Below are positions 29,440-39,632 of a DNA stretch of 64,000 bases, piece by piece (position 1 is the first letter of the stretch; each line of letters begins with the position of its first letter). The position numbers and the translations under genes were made by a program. The notes below the pieces were generated by a model. It worked only from the letters and a program-made list of their open reading frames with translations, was not told where the DNA came from and ran no database searches. Origin of the DNA: an uncultured Chloroflexia bacterium (GTDB lineage: Bacteria > Chloroflexota > Limnocylindria > Limnocylindrales > CSP1-4); assembly GCA_963728605.1 (NCBI GenBank), contig CAVSKS010000002.1, positions 210,607-274,606 on the forward strand, given 5' to 3'.

Positions 29440-29691
29440 GTCTATCGGCGTCAGATCACGCAGCGGCAATCCGGCCCTCCCGACTGCGCCGTTCGGCCCA
29501 CGAGTGACTGAGGCAGTGGGCAAGCTGGGTGCGATCCGTCCTCTCGTGGCGCCCTGGGACCAACTCCCGGATCGTCGGTTCAGTCGCCAGGCGAGCGAGA
29601 TTGCCGGCCCGCCCGGGCTCGTTCGCTCTTTTAGTCGCCCCACGACAAACGGGCTCCGTGCCGCCCTGGAATCGCGCCTGACGCCGGCCAG
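29432..29691. ncRNA. Candidate structured non-coding RNA or element, family unassigned
   Basis: Nested complementary segments: 29446-54/29678-86, 29464-71/29599-606, 29481-86/29581-86, 29498-504/29543-49. Confidence 0.3.
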
Positions 29692-29729
29692 TCTCGCTCA
29701 GCGTCCGCCAATGTCATGAGGTCGAGTCA

Positions 29730-30005
29730 TCAGAAGTGCGCGAGCACCCGGTAGAGGTCGGCGCTCTCCAGCTCGAGGAACCCTGGGCGTGGGGCATTGC
29801 GGGTGAGCTGGAGAGCGGCTCGCGCTGCTTCCTCACTTTCGAAGACGAGTACGTTCAGGGTCCCGCCCTCCCCATCCGACATGAAGGAGGCCGAGACTAC
29901 CCCCGGCGCCGCACGGACTCGGGGCAACAGGTTGGTCGAGAGAAGCTCCGCGCTGCCCTCGATTGCCTCACTTTGCCCGGTTTCTCGAACCACGACGGCG
30001 TACAT
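29730..30005 (-). CDS. Small hypothetical protein (ABM/dimeric alpha-beta barrel-like)
   Basis: MYAVVV...LPRVRAAPG...VFESEEAA pattern; SD-like AAGGG upstream. Confidence 0.6.
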   Translation of the reverse strand: MYAVVVRETGQSEAIEGSAELLSTNLLPRVRAAPGVVSASFMSDGEGGTLNVLVFESEEAARAALQLTRNAPRPGFLELESADLYRVLAHF

Positions 30006-30172
30006 AGCGGCTCCCTTCACCCCATCGAGTCGTATCCAGCTCCTCGGCACGTCGCGCTGCGCATCGTTGTATGCGTCGCTTCGCTCAGCGTGCGCGAATG
30101 TCACGTGCCGCGCGGCGCGGGCCCGGGCACAAGCTACACGAGTACAATTCGGGGCCCGGAGGTGCCCACGGC

Positions 30173-30943
30173 ATGTGCCACGACCACGACAGCCGACCGC
30201 CGATCGTGCCGATCAGTGGCGGCGCGCTGGATTCGGAGGAGCTGACCCTCACCGCGGAGGACGGCAACCAGTTCACCGCGTTCCGCGCCCGCGCCGCCGA
30301 GCCGTCCGGGACGAGCGTCGTGATCCTGCCCGATGTTCGCGGCCTCCACCCGTTCTACGAGGACCTGGCGCTGCGGTTTGCCGAGAACGGCGTCGACGCG
30401 CTGGCAATCGACTACTTCGGCCGGACGGCCGGCCTGGGACGCCGAGGCGCCGGGTTCGAGCATGGCCCGCACGTCGAGGCGGCGACGTTCGGCGGTCTCA
30501 CCGCTGACGTCAGGGCAGGCGCCGAGCACCAGCGAACCGCCGATCCGACGGGGTCGCCGCGGCTCTACACCGTCGGGTTCTGCTTCGGTGGCCGCCTGTC
30601 CTTCGTGGCAGCGACCATGGACCTCGCCCTCGCCGGGGTGATCGGCTTCTACGGTAACCCCGTGGGTACCGGGCGAGCCGGCGTCCCCGCGCCGGCGGAC
30701 CTGGTGGACCGGGTTACGAGCCCGGTGCTCGGCCTGTTCGGGGGCGCGGATTCGGGGATCCCGGCCAGTGCCGTCGCCACGTTCGAGGCAGGGCTGCGAA
30801 CGGCCGGCGTCGACCACCGCCTCCTGACCTTCGACGGCGCCCCCCACGCGTTCTTCGATCGCAAGGCCGACGAGTACACCAGGACCGCCGACGCTGCCTG
30901 GGCCGAGGTCCTGTCGTTCGTTCGCGGCGGATCGCTCGCGTGA
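30173..30943 (+). CDS. Dienelactone hydrolase family protein
   Basis: GFCFGG nucleophile elbow, FGGAD, GAPHAF; GGAGG SD. Confidence 0.92.
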   Translation: MCHDHDSRPPIVPISGGALDSEELTLTAEDGNQFTAFRARAAEPSGTSVVILPDVRGLHPFYEDLALRFAENGVDALAIDYFGRTAGLGRRGAGFEHGPHVEAATFGGLTADVRAGAEHQRTADPTGSPRLYTVGFCFGGRLSFVAATMDLALAGVIGFYGNPVGTGRAGVPAPADLVDRVTSPVLGLFGGADSGIPASAVATFEAGLRTAGVDHRLLTFDGAPHAFFDRKADEYTRTADAAWAEVLSFVRGGSLA

Positions 30944-31194
30944 ACTTCCTGCGGCGACTCCTGGGTGGCGGCGAACCGGCCACGGAACCGGTCCAAACCG
31001 ACGTGGACGACGCCGAGCCCGCCATCTCCGTCGACGAGCTCGAGCTCCGGCACGAGCGTGAGCTGCTCCGTGGCGAGTCGGCCCGGCTCGACGAGCTCCA
31101 GCAGCGCCAGCTGCGGTACGCGAACCGGTCCTGGACCCCACCCGCCCAGGGCGGCGACCAGCGAGCCGACGATGAGGCTCAGCCCGACGGCTGA
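30940..31194 (+). CDS. Hypothetical protein
   Basis: GTGA coupling; MNFLRRLLG amphipathic start; plausible codon usage. Confidence 0.6.
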   Translation: MNFLRRLLGGGEPATEPVQTDVDDAEPAISVDELELRHERELLRGESARLDELQQRQLRYANRSWTPPAQGGDQRADDEAQPDG

Positions 31195-31198
31195 GGCT

Positions 31199-31384
31199 TC
31201 AGCGCTTGGCGAAAGCCCAAGCGGTGCCGGCGAGCCCGACGAACACGATGATCGCCAGCCACGGGAACGGCAGCGCGTTGTTCGCCGAATCGAGCATGTA
31301 GCGGAGCGTTCCGCCGATCACGTCGAAGGCATTGCTGACGAGGCCGGTGATCCCGTTCCCCACGGCCCGCAGGAGTCCGTCCAT
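31199..31384 (-). CDS. Small membrane protein
   Basis: 61 aa with a C-terminal TM; CACACT 6 nt before the ATG. Confidence 0.65.
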   Translation of the reverse strand: MDGLLRAVGNGITGLVSNAFDVIGGTLRYMLDSANNALPFPWLAIIVFVGLAGTAWAFAKR

Positions 31385-31449
31385 GCCTGCAGTGTGCCCC
31401 GAGCGTCAAGACGGACGCACCGCTCCCGACCACCCCGCTCCCCCATCGC

Positions 31450-32412
31450 TCAGGAGCGGCTGACCACCTGGGCGCCGGTGTTCCGCGGGGAGACGACGAT
31501 CACCCGTCCGGGCAGGTCCGTGTCGGCGGCGGTGGCGAGGAAGGCCGCCTCGATCCGGGTCAGGGCGGCCACCAAATCGGAGAATGCGACGACCGACGAG
31601 CCGGCACCCGACAGGCAGGCGCCGATCGCGCCCGCCGCCCGAGCCGCCTCGATGAGCCGCGGCAGCTGCGGGTACGCGGCCGCCCGGTACGGCTCGTGGA
31701 GCCGGTCGACGGTCAGCGTCCGGAGCAGCTCGTAGCGGCCGGTCGCGAAGCCGGCGACGCCTAGGGCGACCCTCCCCAGGTTGGCGACCGCATCGGCGAG
31801 CGGCACCTTGGTCGGCAGGACCTTGCGCATCTGCTTCGTGTCCAGCCGCATCTCGGGGACGAGGAGCATGGCCCGCAGGTCGCGGGGGGCATCGAAGCGG
31901 ATCGCCTCGATGCCATCCGGCGTCAACGCCGAGACGACGAAGCCGCCAAAGAGCGCCGCCGCGGCATTGTCGGGGTGGCCCTCGATCTCCGTGGCGAGGG
32001 CGAGCAGGTCGCGGCTGGTCAGCGGCTCGCCGAGGAGGGCGTTGCCGGCGACGAGGCCGGCCACCGTGGCCGCGGCACTCGACCCCAGCCCTCGGCCCAG
32101 CGGGACCCGGTTCTGCATCTCGATCCGCCAGCCAACGCCTTCGGGCAGCTCGCCACGCTGCGATCGGAGGACCGCCTCCAGCCCCATGACGAACCGGTTG
32201 TCGCGGCTTTCGGGCAGCTCGCCGATGCCCTCGCCTTCGACGGAGAGCTCGACCTCGCCGCGGCTCCAGCCGCGCACCTCGACTTCGATCCGGTTCGTCA
32301 GGGCGAGCGCCATCCCCAGGCAGTCGTAGCCCGCGCCGAGGTTGGCGGTCGAGGCCGGGACCTCGACCCCGATCCGCCGGCCGTCCAGCTCGGCCAGCCA
32401 GTGGGTCACCAT
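31450..32412 (-). CDS. thrB: Homoserine kinase
   Basis: [36 protein letters not shown]. Confidence 0.95.
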   Translation of the reverse strand: MVTHWLAELDGRRIGVEVPASTANLGAGYDCLGMALALTNRIEVEVRGWSRGEVELSVEGEGIGELPESRDNRFVMGLEAVLRSQRGELPEGVGWRIEMQNRVPLGRGLGSSAAATVAGLVAGNALLGEPLTSRDLLALATEIEGHPDNAAAALFGGFVVSALTPDGIEAIRFDAPRDLRAMLLVPEMRLDTKQMRKVLPTKVPLADAVANLGRVALGVAGFATGRYELLRTLTVDRLHEPYRAAAYPQLPRLIEAARAAGAIGACLSGAGSSVVAFSDLVAALTRIEAAFLATAADTDLPGRVIVVSPRNTGAQVVSRS

Positions 32413-33485
32413 CCCAGCACCCGTCGGACGCCATCGATCGACGCGTCGGATTCGAGCACCGGTTCGACGGCCTTCTCGGCTGTCGTCGGGTCCTTGAGGC
32501 CGGTGCCGGTCAGGACGGCCACCACGACCGGGTCCTCGCCCAGATCCGCCAGCTCGCCACGTTCCGCCAGCATCCGGAGGCCGGCGACGCCGGCCGCCGA
32601 CGACGGCTCGCAGAAGATGCCCTCGAGCCGGGCGAGGTCCCGCCAGGCGGCGAGGATCTGATCGTCGGTCACCGCCTCGATCCGGCCGCCCGACTCGTCC
32701 CGCGCCGCGGTGGCCTTCCGCCACGATGCCGGGTTGCCGATCCGGATCGCGGTCGCCACGGTCTCCGGCCGCTCGATCGGGTGACCTTCGACGATCGGCG
32801 CCGCCCCGGCCGCCTGGAAGCCGAGCATCCGTGGCCGCGACCCGACCCGGCCGGCCGCCGCGTACTCGGCGAACCCCGCCCAGTAGGCGCTGATGTTGCC
32901 CGCGTTCCCGACCGGGATCGCGAGCGCGTCGGGCGCCCGTCCAAGGTCGTCGCAGATCTCGAAGGCCGCCGTCTTCTGGCCCTCGAGCCGGTACGGGTTG
33001 ACCGAGTTGACGAGGGTCACGTCGTGATCCGGGTCGTCGCCCAGGTTGCGCACGATCCGCAGGGCGTCGTCGAAGTTGCCATCGATGGCGACCACCCGCG
33101 CCCCGGCCACGAGGGCCTGCAGCAGCTTGCCGATCGCGGTCTGGCCCTTCGGCAGGATGACCAGGCACTCGACGCCGGCCGCCGAGGCGTAGGCGGCGGC
33201 AGAGGCGGAGGTGTTGCCGGTCGACGCGCAGATCACTGCGGTGGCGCCCTCTTCCACGGCCTTGGAGACCGCCAGCACCATGCCCCGGTCCTTGAACGAG
33301 CCAGTGGGGTTCTGGCCCTCCACCTTGGCGTACAGGTTCGGGACCCCCATCTGCACGCCCAGCCGTCGCAGCCGCACGAGCGGGGTGAACCCCTCGCCCA
33401 GGCTCAGGTCCGGGGTGGCATCGCTGACCGGCAGGAAGGCGCGGTACCGCTCGACGAGCCGCGGCCGGCCGGCGACGTCAGTCAT
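32406..33485 (-). CDS. thrC: Threonine synthase
   Basis: [33 protein letters not shown]. Confidence 0.95.
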   Translation of the reverse strand: MTDVAGRPRLVERYRAFLPVSDATPDLSLGEGFTPLVRLRRLGVQMGVPNLYAKVEGQNPTGSFKDRGMVLAVSKAVEEGATAVICASTGNTSASAAAYASAAGVECLVILPKGQTAIGKLLQALVAGARVVAIDGNFDDALRIVRNLGDDPDHDVTLVNSVNPYRLEGQKTAAFEICDDLGRAPDALAIPVGNAGNISAYWAGFAEYAAAGRVGSRPRMLGFQAAGAAPIVEGHPIERPETVATAIRIGNPASWRKATAARDESGGRIEAVTDDQILAAWRDLARLEGIFCEPSSAAGVAGLRMLAERGELADLGEDPVVVAVLTGTGLKDPTTAEKAVEPVLESDASIDGVRRVLGW

Positions 33486-34725
33486 CGATCGGATACAGCG
33501 GGGCATCAGCCGAGGCCGGCAGGGCGTCCGTGAGCCGCGCCCGAACCGACGCCGAGGGCTGCCAGCCGGTGCGGACGGCGAGCCCGGTGTCGGTCTCGGC
33601 GGTCGCTTCGGCCAGGTCGCCCGGGAAGGCCCCGGCGCGGACGCCCGGCAGGAGCAGGAACCATCGCGCGGACCAGTCGCCGTCGGCCGAGTCGAGGGTC
33701 GTCGCCGCGGCGGCGGGCCGGCTCGCCCAGCTGCTCCCGGCGCCGCGGGCGATGGCGACCAGGTCGGCGATCACGGCGCTCGACGTCGCCTCGCCGCCGG
33801 CGCCCGGCCCGTCGAAGCCAACGGTCCCCAGCCCTGCGGCGGTGACCTCGATACGGTTGGCGACGCCGCCCGTCCGTCCGAGGCCGCTCTCGACGGGGAC
33901 TGCCGTGGGAACGACCGTCGCCGCCGATCGACCGGCCGACGCGACCAGCTTGAGCGTCAACCCGAGCCGATGCGCTGCCTCCAGCTCCGCCGCCGTCACC
34001 CCGGTGATCCCCGGACCCGCCGATCGGCGAAGTCCCGGCGGCCGCCCGATCACCGTCGATGGATCAATCCAGCCGCCGAAGGCCAGCCGGTACAGGATCA
34101 CCAGCTTGTTGATGGCGTCGCGGCCCTCGACATCGCCGCTCGGATCCGCCTCGGCATAGCCGCGCTGCTGGGCATCCCGGAGGACCGATTCGTACGTGCC
34201 CTCCCCGGCGGCCATCGCGGTGAGGATGAAATTCGTGGTCCCGTTGACGATGCCGCGGACGCGCTCGATCCGGTTGCCGGCGACGTCCGCGGCGAGTGGC
34301 CAGAGGACCGGGATGCCGCCACCCACCGCCGCCTCGAACCGGAACGGAGCTTCCGCACGTCGGGCGATTCCTTCGAGCTCCGCGCCGTGGTGGGCGATGA
34401 CGTGCTTGTTGGCCGTGACCACCGCCTTTCCGGCGGTGAGCGCCGCTGCAATCAGCGTTCGGGCCGGCTCGTCGCCGCCCATCAGCTCGACGACGATGTC
34501 CGTATCGGGCGCGGCCACGAGGTGGGCCGGCGCATCGGTCAGCAGGTCGGCCGGCAGGCCGCGGGCCCGCGCGGCATCGAGGTCGCGGACACCGATCCCC
34601 GCCAGCTCCAGCGGCGTCCCGTGGATCGGCGAGGCGGGATCCGCCGCGCCCCGGAGCCGCTCGATCACCTGGCGGCCAACCGTCCCGGCACCCAGCACGG
34701 CGACCCGCAATGGGGTGCCGCTCAC
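33478..34725 (-). CDS. hom: Homoserine dehydrogenase
   Basis: [37 protein letters not shown]. Confidence 0.93.
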   Translation of the reverse strand: MSGTPLRVAVLGAGTVGRQVIERLRGAADPASPIHGTPLELAGIGVRDLDAARARGLPADLLTDAPAHLVAAPDTDIVVELMGGDEPARTLIAAALTAGKAVVTANKHVIAHHGAELEGIARRAEAPFRFEAAVGGGIPVLWPLAADVAGNRIERVRGIVNGTTNFILTAMAAGEGTYESVLRDAQQRGYAEADPSGDVEGRDAINKLVILYRLAFGGWIDPSTVIGRPPGLRRSAGPGITGVTAAELEAAHRLGLTLKLVASAGRSAATVVPTAVPVESGLGRTGGVANRIEVTAAGLGTVGFDGPGAGGEATSSAVIADLVAIARGAGSSWASRPAAAATTLDSADGDWSARWFLLLPGVRAGAFPGDLAEATAETDTGLAVRTGWQPSASVRARLTDALPASADAPLYPIDD

Positions 34726-34803
34726 GCGGCGTCGAAGTGACGGCTCGACATCGGCCGAATGGTAGCCGACGACCGATCGCCGTCGGCTACCCCGGCTCAC
34801 AGG

Positions 34804-36285
34804 CTAGGGACCGGCGCCTGTGGACGGTCCGACGGGCGCCGCGGTTGGACGGGCCGCTTCGGCGCCGGCCGTGCCCACTTCGCCGCCGACCTCGTCCCAG
34901 ATCCGGACGTGCCGGCTTTCGCGGATCAGCAGGCCGCCGATGATGAGCGTCATGATCGCGATGGCGATCGGGTAAATGAGGCTCGCCAGGAGGTTGCCCG
35001 TCGCGGCGATCACCGCCCCGGCGATCAGGGGCAGGAAGCCGCCGAACCAGCCGTTCCCGATGTGGTACGGGATGGACAGGCTCGTGTAGCGGATGCGTGC
35101 CGGAAAGTACTCCACGAGGAAGGCGGCGATCGGCCCGTAGACCATGGTGACGTACATCACCTGGACCCACACCAGGCCGATCAGGGGGAGGACCTCGGGC
35201 TGCGCGACGGTGGCTACCCCGGCTGCATCGACAAACTTGCCGACCTGTGCCCCGGATGTTGCCAGCGTGCCCTGGGGATGGGCGAACTGGATCATCAGGT
35301 TGTAGATCGGCACATACGTGATGGCGGCGACGGCGCAACCCGCCAGGATGATCGGCTTTCGGCCGATCCGGTCAGACAGCGCGCCAAAGACCAGGAAGAA
35401 CGGCGTGGCCAGGACGATCGCCGTCCCGACGATCAGATAGGCGTCCTGGAAGCGGACGCCGAGGTTGGTGCTGAGGAAGAAGAGCGCCTGGAACTGGCCC
35501 TGGTACCAGACCACGGCCTGGCCGGCCGTGGCGCCCAGCAGGGCAAGGATGATCAGGCGCCGGTTCTTCGGGTCACCGAAGCTCTCCCGCCACGGCGACG
35601 ACGATGATTTGCCCTGCTCCTTGAGGGCGCTGAACAGGGGTGTCTCCTGGAGCCGGAGTCGAATATAGAGCGCCAGGCCGACAAGGATCGCCGACAGGAC
35701 GAACGGGATCCGCCAGCCGAAGGCCTCGAAGTCTGCCGCCGACATCGATGTGCGGGTCACGAAGATCACGACGAGGGCCAGCAGCAGACCTACGGTGGCC
35801 GTTGTCTGGATCCAGCTGGTGTTGAACCCGCGCCGCTTGTCGGAGCTGTGCTCGGCAACGTAGATCGCCGCGCCGCCATATTCGCCCCCGAGCGCCAGGC
35901 CCTGGGCGAGGCGCAGGCCAACCAGAATCACCGGCGCCAGGATGCCGATCTGCGCATACGTCGGTAGGAGACCCACCAGGGCCGTAGACACGCCCATCAC
36001 CGTGATCGTGACCAGGAACGTGAACTTGCGGCCGATGATGTCGCCGATCCGGCCGAACACGGCGGCGCCGAACGGTCGGACGGCGAAGCCGGCACCGAAC
36101 GTCGCGAGCGAAGCGAGGAGCGCGGCGACATCATTGCCGGGCGGGAAGAACTGCTTGCCGAAGAACGCCGCGAGGACGCCGTAGAGGTAGAAGTCGTACC
36201 ACTCGATGACGGTGCCAGCCGCCGACGCACCGATCACGAATGGGAGACGGTAGGGCCTGCTCGGAGCTGCTGCCGCTGTGGCCAA
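34804..36285 (-). CDS. MFS transporter, metabolite:H+ symporter family
   Basis: GTVIEWYDF, RPFGA..FG.IGD.IGRK, QGLALGGEYGGA; TTG start with AAGGAG SD. Confidence 0.9.
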   Translation of the reverse strand: MATAAAAPSRPYRLPFVIGASAAGTVIEWYDFYLYGVLAAFFGKQFFPPGNDVAALLASLATFGAGFAVRPFGAAVFGRIGDIIGRKFTFLVTITVMGVSTALVGLLPTYAQIGILAPVILVGLRLAQGLALGGEYGGAAIYVAEHSSDKRRGFNTSWIQTTATVGLLLALVVIFVTRTSMSAADFEAFGWRIPFVLSAILVGLALYIRLRLQETPLFSALKEQGKSSSSPWRESFGDPKNRRLIILALLGATAGQAVVWYQGQFQALFFLSTNLGVRFQDAYLIVGTAIVLATPFFLVFGALSDRIGRKPIILAGCAVAAITYVPIYNLMIQFAHPQGTLATSGAQVGKFVDAAGVATVAQPEVLPLIGLVWVQVMYVTMVYGPIAAFLVEYFPARIRYTSLSIPYHIGNGWFGGFLPLIAGAVIAATGNLLASLIYPIAIAIMTLIIGGLLIRESRHVRIWDEVGGEVGTAGAEAARPTAAPVGPSTGAGP

Positions 36286-36518
36286 GGGTGCACTCCTTCT
36301 GGGCTGAAGAGGCTGGGGGTCCCTTGCGCGCGGGGATCGGGCCGAGGTCTGCCGGCGCACCTCCTTCCGCCGAGCCGCACACTCCCCCGCGGGGCAGTCG
36401 GGCGATTCGGCCGCAGGCTATGGTCGTCGCACGGGTGGAGTCCTCACAGCCGCATGTCAGTTCTCGCAACGACGTTACGGGTCGGTTGCAGGACCGGGCT
36501 CGGCTACACTCCGCGGCC

Positions 36519-37508
36519 ATGGCCACCGAATTGATCACCCGGGCGCGGACATTCAGCGGGATCCAGCCATCGGGCGTCGTCCACCTGGGCAACGACCTGG
36601 GGGCGATCCGGAACTACGTCCGCCTGCAGGACGAGTACGAGTCGATCTACTGCATCGTCGACTATCACGCCCTGACGTCGGTCCACGACCCCGAGGCCAT
36701 GCGGCGCGGCGTCCGCGAGATGGCAGCGTCGCTGCTGGCCCTGGGCCTCGACCCCGAGCGCTGCACCCTGTTCGTCCAGTCGCACCGCCCCGAGCACACC
36801 GAGCTGGCGTGGCTGCTGATGACGGTCACGCCGGTGTCGTGGGTGGAGCGGACGCCAACGTACAAGGAGAAGAAGGCCCAGCAGCCCGATGACGTCAACC
36901 ACGGCCTGCTGACCTACCCGATCCTCCAGGCCGCCGACATCGTGATCTACAAGGCGACCCACGTTCCGGTCGGCAAGGACCAGGCCGCCCACCTCGAGCT
37001 GTCGCGCGAGATCGTCCGCGCCTTCAACCATCGCTACGGGGAAACGTTCCCTGAGCCCGCGGCGGTGTTCACCGAGGCGCCGGTCGTGCTCGGCACCGAC
37101 GGCGTCCGAAAGATGTCCAAGTCGCTCGGCAACGCGATCGAGATCCTGGCCGACGCCGACACGATCAAGCGCCAGGTCATGTCGATGGTGACCGACACCC
37201 AGCGAATCCTGCGAACCGACCCGGGCCGGCCGGAGGTATGCAACGTCTGCCAGCTGCAGCGCTTCTTCGGCGACGACTACGAGGATCTGTGGGACGGCGA
37301 GCGCACCGCGCGAACCGGCTGCGTCGACATGAAGCGCCTGCTGGGCGACCGGATCGCCCGCCACTACGCGCCGGCCCGGGACCGGTACCTGGAGCTGCTG
37401 TCCAAGCCGGCCGATCTCGATGGCATTCTCGAGGCCGGCGCCGACCGGATCGGGCCGATCGCCCAGGCCACGATCGACGAGGTCCGCGAACGGATGGGCC
37501 TCCGCTGA
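36519..37508 (+). CDS. trpS: Tryptophanyl-tRNA synthetase
   Basis: SGIQPSG..HLGN, YPILQAADI, VPVGKDQ, KMSKS. Confidence 0.95.
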   Translation: MATELITRARTFSGIQPSGVVHLGNDLGAIRNYVRLQDEYESIYCIVDYHALTSVHDPEAMRRGVREMAASLLALGLDPERCTLFVQSHRPEHTELAWLLMTVTPVSWVERTPTYKEKKAQQPDDVNHGLLTYPILQAADIVIYKATHVPVGKDQAAHLELSREIVRAFNHRYGETFPEPAAVFTEAPVVLGTDGVRKMSKSLGNAIEILADADTIKRQVMSMVTDTQRILRTDPGRPEVCNVCQLQRFFGDDYEDLWDGERTARTGCVDMKRLLGDRIARHYAPARDRYLELLSKPADLDGILEAGADRIGPIAQATIDEVRERMGLR

Positions 37509-37615
37509 ACTAGCGGTGCGTCTCGTCAACGGACGTGCACATCCGTTGGACACCGGCCGTTCGCGAGGACGAAACTGTCGGTCCACGAGACGGACGTACA
37601 GGGAGGAGTCAGATC

Positions 37616-39301
37616 GTGAGATCCAGCTATCGGCGCGCGCTCGCCGGCATGTTCACCGCGGCATTGCTGCTCAGTCTCCCGGCGGGAGCGATCGGATCGG
37701 GGGCCCAGGCGGACTATGTGGTCGTCGCCGAGCGCGGCGCCTCCGCCTCGGCGGTTCGGGCGGCGGTCGCGGCCGCAGGCGGCCGGGTCACCGGCCACAA
37801 CGCGGCCATCGGCACGTACACGGCGATCGGCCCGGCCAGTGGGTTCATTCTCGCCGTCAGTGCCTCACCAGCCGTTTTTGGGGCAACTGGTCAGCGGCCG
37901 CTCGGCCGGATCCCAGACGACGCACCGGCCAAGGAGCTCGTGCCGGATGCCGCGGCGATCGCAGCGGCCGGGGCGGGCAGCGCCAAAAAGCCCGGCGGCG
38001 GCTCGACTGCCGGCATGGACCCGCTCGACAGCTCCCTGTGGGGCCTGGCGATGGTCCGCTCCGACGACGCCCGGGAGGTCAATGCCGGCGATCGGCGGGT
38101 CCTCGTCGGGATCATCGACTCCGGAATCGACGCATCGCACCCCGACCTCGACGGTCAGGTAGACGTCGGACTGTCCCGCAACTTCGTCACGGACATCCCG
38201 CTCATCGACGGGCCCTGCGAGGTCGCGAGCTGCGTCGATCCCGTGACGGCCGACGACAACGGCCACGGCACGCACGTTGCCGGGACCGTGGCCGCGGAAG
38301 CCAACGGTCTGGGCCTGTCGGGCGTTGCCCCGGGTGTGCGCCTGGTCAACATTCGAGGCGGGCAGGACGGTGGGTGGCTGTTCCTCGGTCCGGTGACCGA
38401 CGCCTTGACCTACGGCGCGGACGTCGGCGTCGACGTGATCAACATGTCGTTCTACGTCGATCCGTGGCTCTACAACTGCACCGCCAACCCCGCGGACTCG
38501 CCGGAGGCGCAGGCGGAGCAGCGGACGATCATCGAGGGGATGAACCGGGCACTGAACTACGCCAATAGCAAGGGCGTCACGCTCGTCGGCTCGCTGGGCA
38601 ACAACCACGAGGACCTCGGCCACCCACGGACCGACTTCAGCAGCCCGGACTTCCCGCCCGGCGCGGCCTATCCGCGGCCGATCGACAACGCGACCTGCGT
38701 CGACCTGCCGGTCGAAGGCCCGCACGTCATCGGCGTGTCAGCGCTTGGCCCGTCAGGCGCCAAAGCCGACTACTCGAACTACGGCGTCGAGCAGATCTCG
38801 GTAGCGGCACCGGGCGGCTGGTTCCGCGATCTCTTCGGGACCCCGCAGCACCGGACCAACCCGAACCTGATCCTGTCCACCTACCCACAGGCGCTTGCCG
38901 AGCTACGAGGCCAGCTCAACCCGGACGGCAGCCCCAACACCGCGACGGTCGTGCGTGACTGCCAGAACGGCGTGTGCGCGTACTACCAGTACCTGCAGGG
39001 GACGTCGATGGCCTCGCCCCACGCGACCGGTGTCGCCGCGCTCATCGTGAGCCAGTACGGGATCAAGGACAACAAGCTGGGCGGCCTTCGGCTCGCCCCG
39101 CACAAGACCGAGTTCGTCCTGGTCAACACGGCGGCCGAGCATGCCTGCCCGGTCCCACCGCTGCAGACGTATGTGAACGAAGGCCGGCCGGCCGAGTTCA
39201 ATGCCCTCTGCGAGGGCGATCTCGAGTTCAACGGGTTCTACGGCTACGGCATCGTCGATGCCTACGCTGCGGTGACGGAGAAGCTGGAGCTGCCCGACTG
39301 A
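37616..39301 (+). CDS. Secreted subtilisin-like S8 serine peptidase
   Basis: Signal peptide; IIDSG, HGTHVAG and GTSMASPH triad motifs; GGAGG SD. Confidence 0.93.
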   Translation: MRSSYRRALAGMFTAALLLSLPAGAIGSGAQADYVVVAERGASASAVRAAVAAAGGRVTGHNAAIGTYTAIGPASGFILAVSASPAVFGATGQRPLGRIPDDAPAKELVPDAAAIAAAGAGSAKKPGGGSTAGMDPLDSSLWGLAMVRSDDAREVNAGDRRVLVGIIDSGIDASHPDLDGQVDVGLSRNFVTDIPLIDGPCEVASCVDPVTADDNGHGTHVAGTVAAEANGLGLSGVAPGVRLVNIRGGQDGGWLFLGPVTDALTYGADVGVDVINMSFYVDPWLYNCTANPADSPEAQAEQRTIIEGMNRALNYANSKGVTLVGSLGNNHEDLGHPRTDFSSPDFPPGAAYPRPIDNATCVDLPVEGPHVIGVSALGPSGAKADYSNYGVEQISVAAPGGWFRDLFGTPQHRTNPNLILSTYPQALAELRGQLNPDGSPNTATVVRDCQNGVCAYYQYLQGTSMASPHATGVAALIVSQYGIKDNKLGGLRLAPHKTEFVLVNTAAEHACPVPPLQTYVNEGRPAEFNALCEGDLEFNGFYGYGIVDAYAAVTEKLELPD

Positions 39302-39313
39302 CGTCGGGTCCTG

Positions 39314-39352
39314 GACGCCGGCGGTCCTTCGGGATCGCCGGCGTTCTGTGTC
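39314..39352 (+). terminator. Intrinsic terminator-like hairpin
   Basis: ACGCCGGCGGTCC-TTCG-GGATCGCCGGCGT followed by TCTGTGT just after the S8 stop. Confidence 0.65.
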
Positions 39353-39365
39353 TCCGTTCGTCATC

Positions 39366-39508
39366 TACGCGCGACGTGCGTCGTAGGCGCCGAGCGTTGT
39401 CTGACGGGGTCAATTCCACGGTCGCCTACGCGCCCGGCGCGTATCTGACAAGCAACTGGGCGTGACCCGGTCGGGAGCCGTGGCCAGTACGCACCCGATG
39501 CGTATCTG
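39366..39508. repeat. Three palindromic TACGC..GCGTA units at 61-bp period
   Basis: Units start at 39366, 39427 and 39488. Confidence 0.65.
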
Positions 39509-39632
39509 GCGAGTGCCTGGAGGGCGAAGCGGCAGCTACGCGGCGGGTGAGTGGCACCGGCTACCATGAACCGCGAGGGGAGGGGCCGCCACTCCCCATC
39601 GAACTCCGTTTCTTGAGGCTGACGCCGGACCG

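Noticed and set aside
29239-29729. Lysine or SAM riboswitch, or T-box, upstream of aspartate kinase
   Set aside because: Consensus elements were not found beyond a short AGGCGCGA, and a -10 box sits 10 nt from the ATG
36286-36518. T-box leader for trpS
   Set aside because: No GGTGGNACCGCG-like T-box; the TACACT 8 nt before the ATG suggests a leaderless start
36582-36600. trpS HLGND instead of the usual HLGNY
   Set aside because: HIGH-like and KMSKS motifs are intact; a single substitution is not evidence of inactivity
37527-37601. ACGGACGT(G/A)CA repeated 61 bp apart, plus a CAACGGA..TCCGTTG hairpin after trpS
   Set aside because: Only two 11-mers; the hairpin is more simply a terminator or stability element; too weak to report
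39366-39508. CRISPR array interpretation of the periodic palindromes (also 61062-61223)
   Set aside because: Only three degenerate 17-21 nt units, with no cas genes or leader; kept as unexplained repeats
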